A DNA stretch of 64,000 nucleotides from Centroscyllium fabricii (taxonomy: Eukaryota): positions 509,206,001 to 509,270,000 of the forward strand of contig JBNRSN020000003.1 of the NCBI GenBank assembly GCA_051313645.2, in the 5' to 3' direction. Within the stretch, counting starts at the first letter, position 1. The number at the start of each line of letters is the position of its first letter. A program made the position numbers and the translations under genes. Shown piece after piece: positions 63,283-64,000 of the stretch. Under the pieces are notes generated by a model, which saw nothing but the letters and a program-made list of their open reading frames with translations, searched no databases and was not told where the DNA came from.

Positions 63283-64000
63283 TTCTTCCAGTGCATCGGG
63301 AGTAGGTGGAGGTTCAGCAGCTTCCTTGTTTGCTTCACAGCTCTCTGCTTTAGCTGCAGGAGTCCTACCATCTGAAGATGTGGAAAATCTGCTCATCTGA
63401 CTGGACTGATCAACAGGCGTCATACTGGCCTCTGATGCCGACCGTGAGCTCTGATTCTGTTGAACAGTTTCAAAAATAGGATCCTCGTCATCCGAATCCG
63501 GTAGAGGAGTTGGGCTAACATCCTCCAGGCCTGTGCTAGAAGGGCGAGAGGATGGAGTAGGACCTCGCTGAAGCAACTGAGTGTTTGACCCAGGAAGTGG
63601 TGGTAATGGAGAAAGCTGGGAGGAAGAGGAGGATATGGGACTGTGCTCCATTTTGACGTCAACATCAGATTCTTGGTCGAAGAAAGGGAGCTTTGTCCGT
63701 TGCTCCTTCAAAAGCATCTCAATACGTGAATCTAAACTGTTTGGTTGTGTTGAGCTACTAGGTGTTTCAGACGTTAGGGTTTCAGGAGTCGCAGCCCTTT
63801 CAGGAGATTTGCTAAAGGAAACAGGTGTTTGATCATTTGAAATGTTACTCTCCGAAGGGACTGGATCTTCTGCCTTCTCCTTTACAGGCACGATGTCCAA
63901 ATTGGCATTATTATGCCCAAAAGTTTCAGATGGTGGCACAGGTCTTCTGTAATCGTGGTCTCTGGATGTCTGACCATGTTGTTGATCCAGAGTACGGGAA
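63283..64000 (-). CDS. SETD1B: Internal coding exon (partial, runs off window) of histone H3K4 methyltransferase SETD1B
   Basis: Frame is open from 64000 to 63283 and encodes [33 protein letters not shown] and [24 protein letters not shown], which I recognise from vertebrate SETD1B. The exon ends ...ALEE at a GTAAGT donor (ACTTAC at 63277-63282 on +). Confidence 0.9.

Overview
Repeat-dense vertebrate genomic DNA. The SINE/LINE repertoire (V-SINE/HE1-like, Deu-SINE, CR1, Penelope) points to a cartilaginous fish (inference). The only host coding sequence I can support is part of a large SETD1B exon on the minus strand (63283 to >64000), ending at a GT donor. I found no further SETD1B exon, so the remaining ~63 kb appears to be one transposon-filled intron. 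It holds: many CR1 and L2 LINE fragments and SINEs; a Penelope-like RT/GIY-YIG element; five fold-back Penelope-derived elements carrying minimal hammerhead ribozyme motifs on both arms; a full-length but decayed 5.27-kb PIF/Harbinger transposon (convergent transposase and Myb/SANT genes) with several related MITEs; three CAGGG-ended DNA elements with 5- or 7-bp TSDs and an internal 29/30-bp minisatellite; Tc1/mariner-type MITEs packed with NRF1/YY1-like motifs; and a solo LTR. All calls were made by eye, and coordinates of decayed fragments are approximate.
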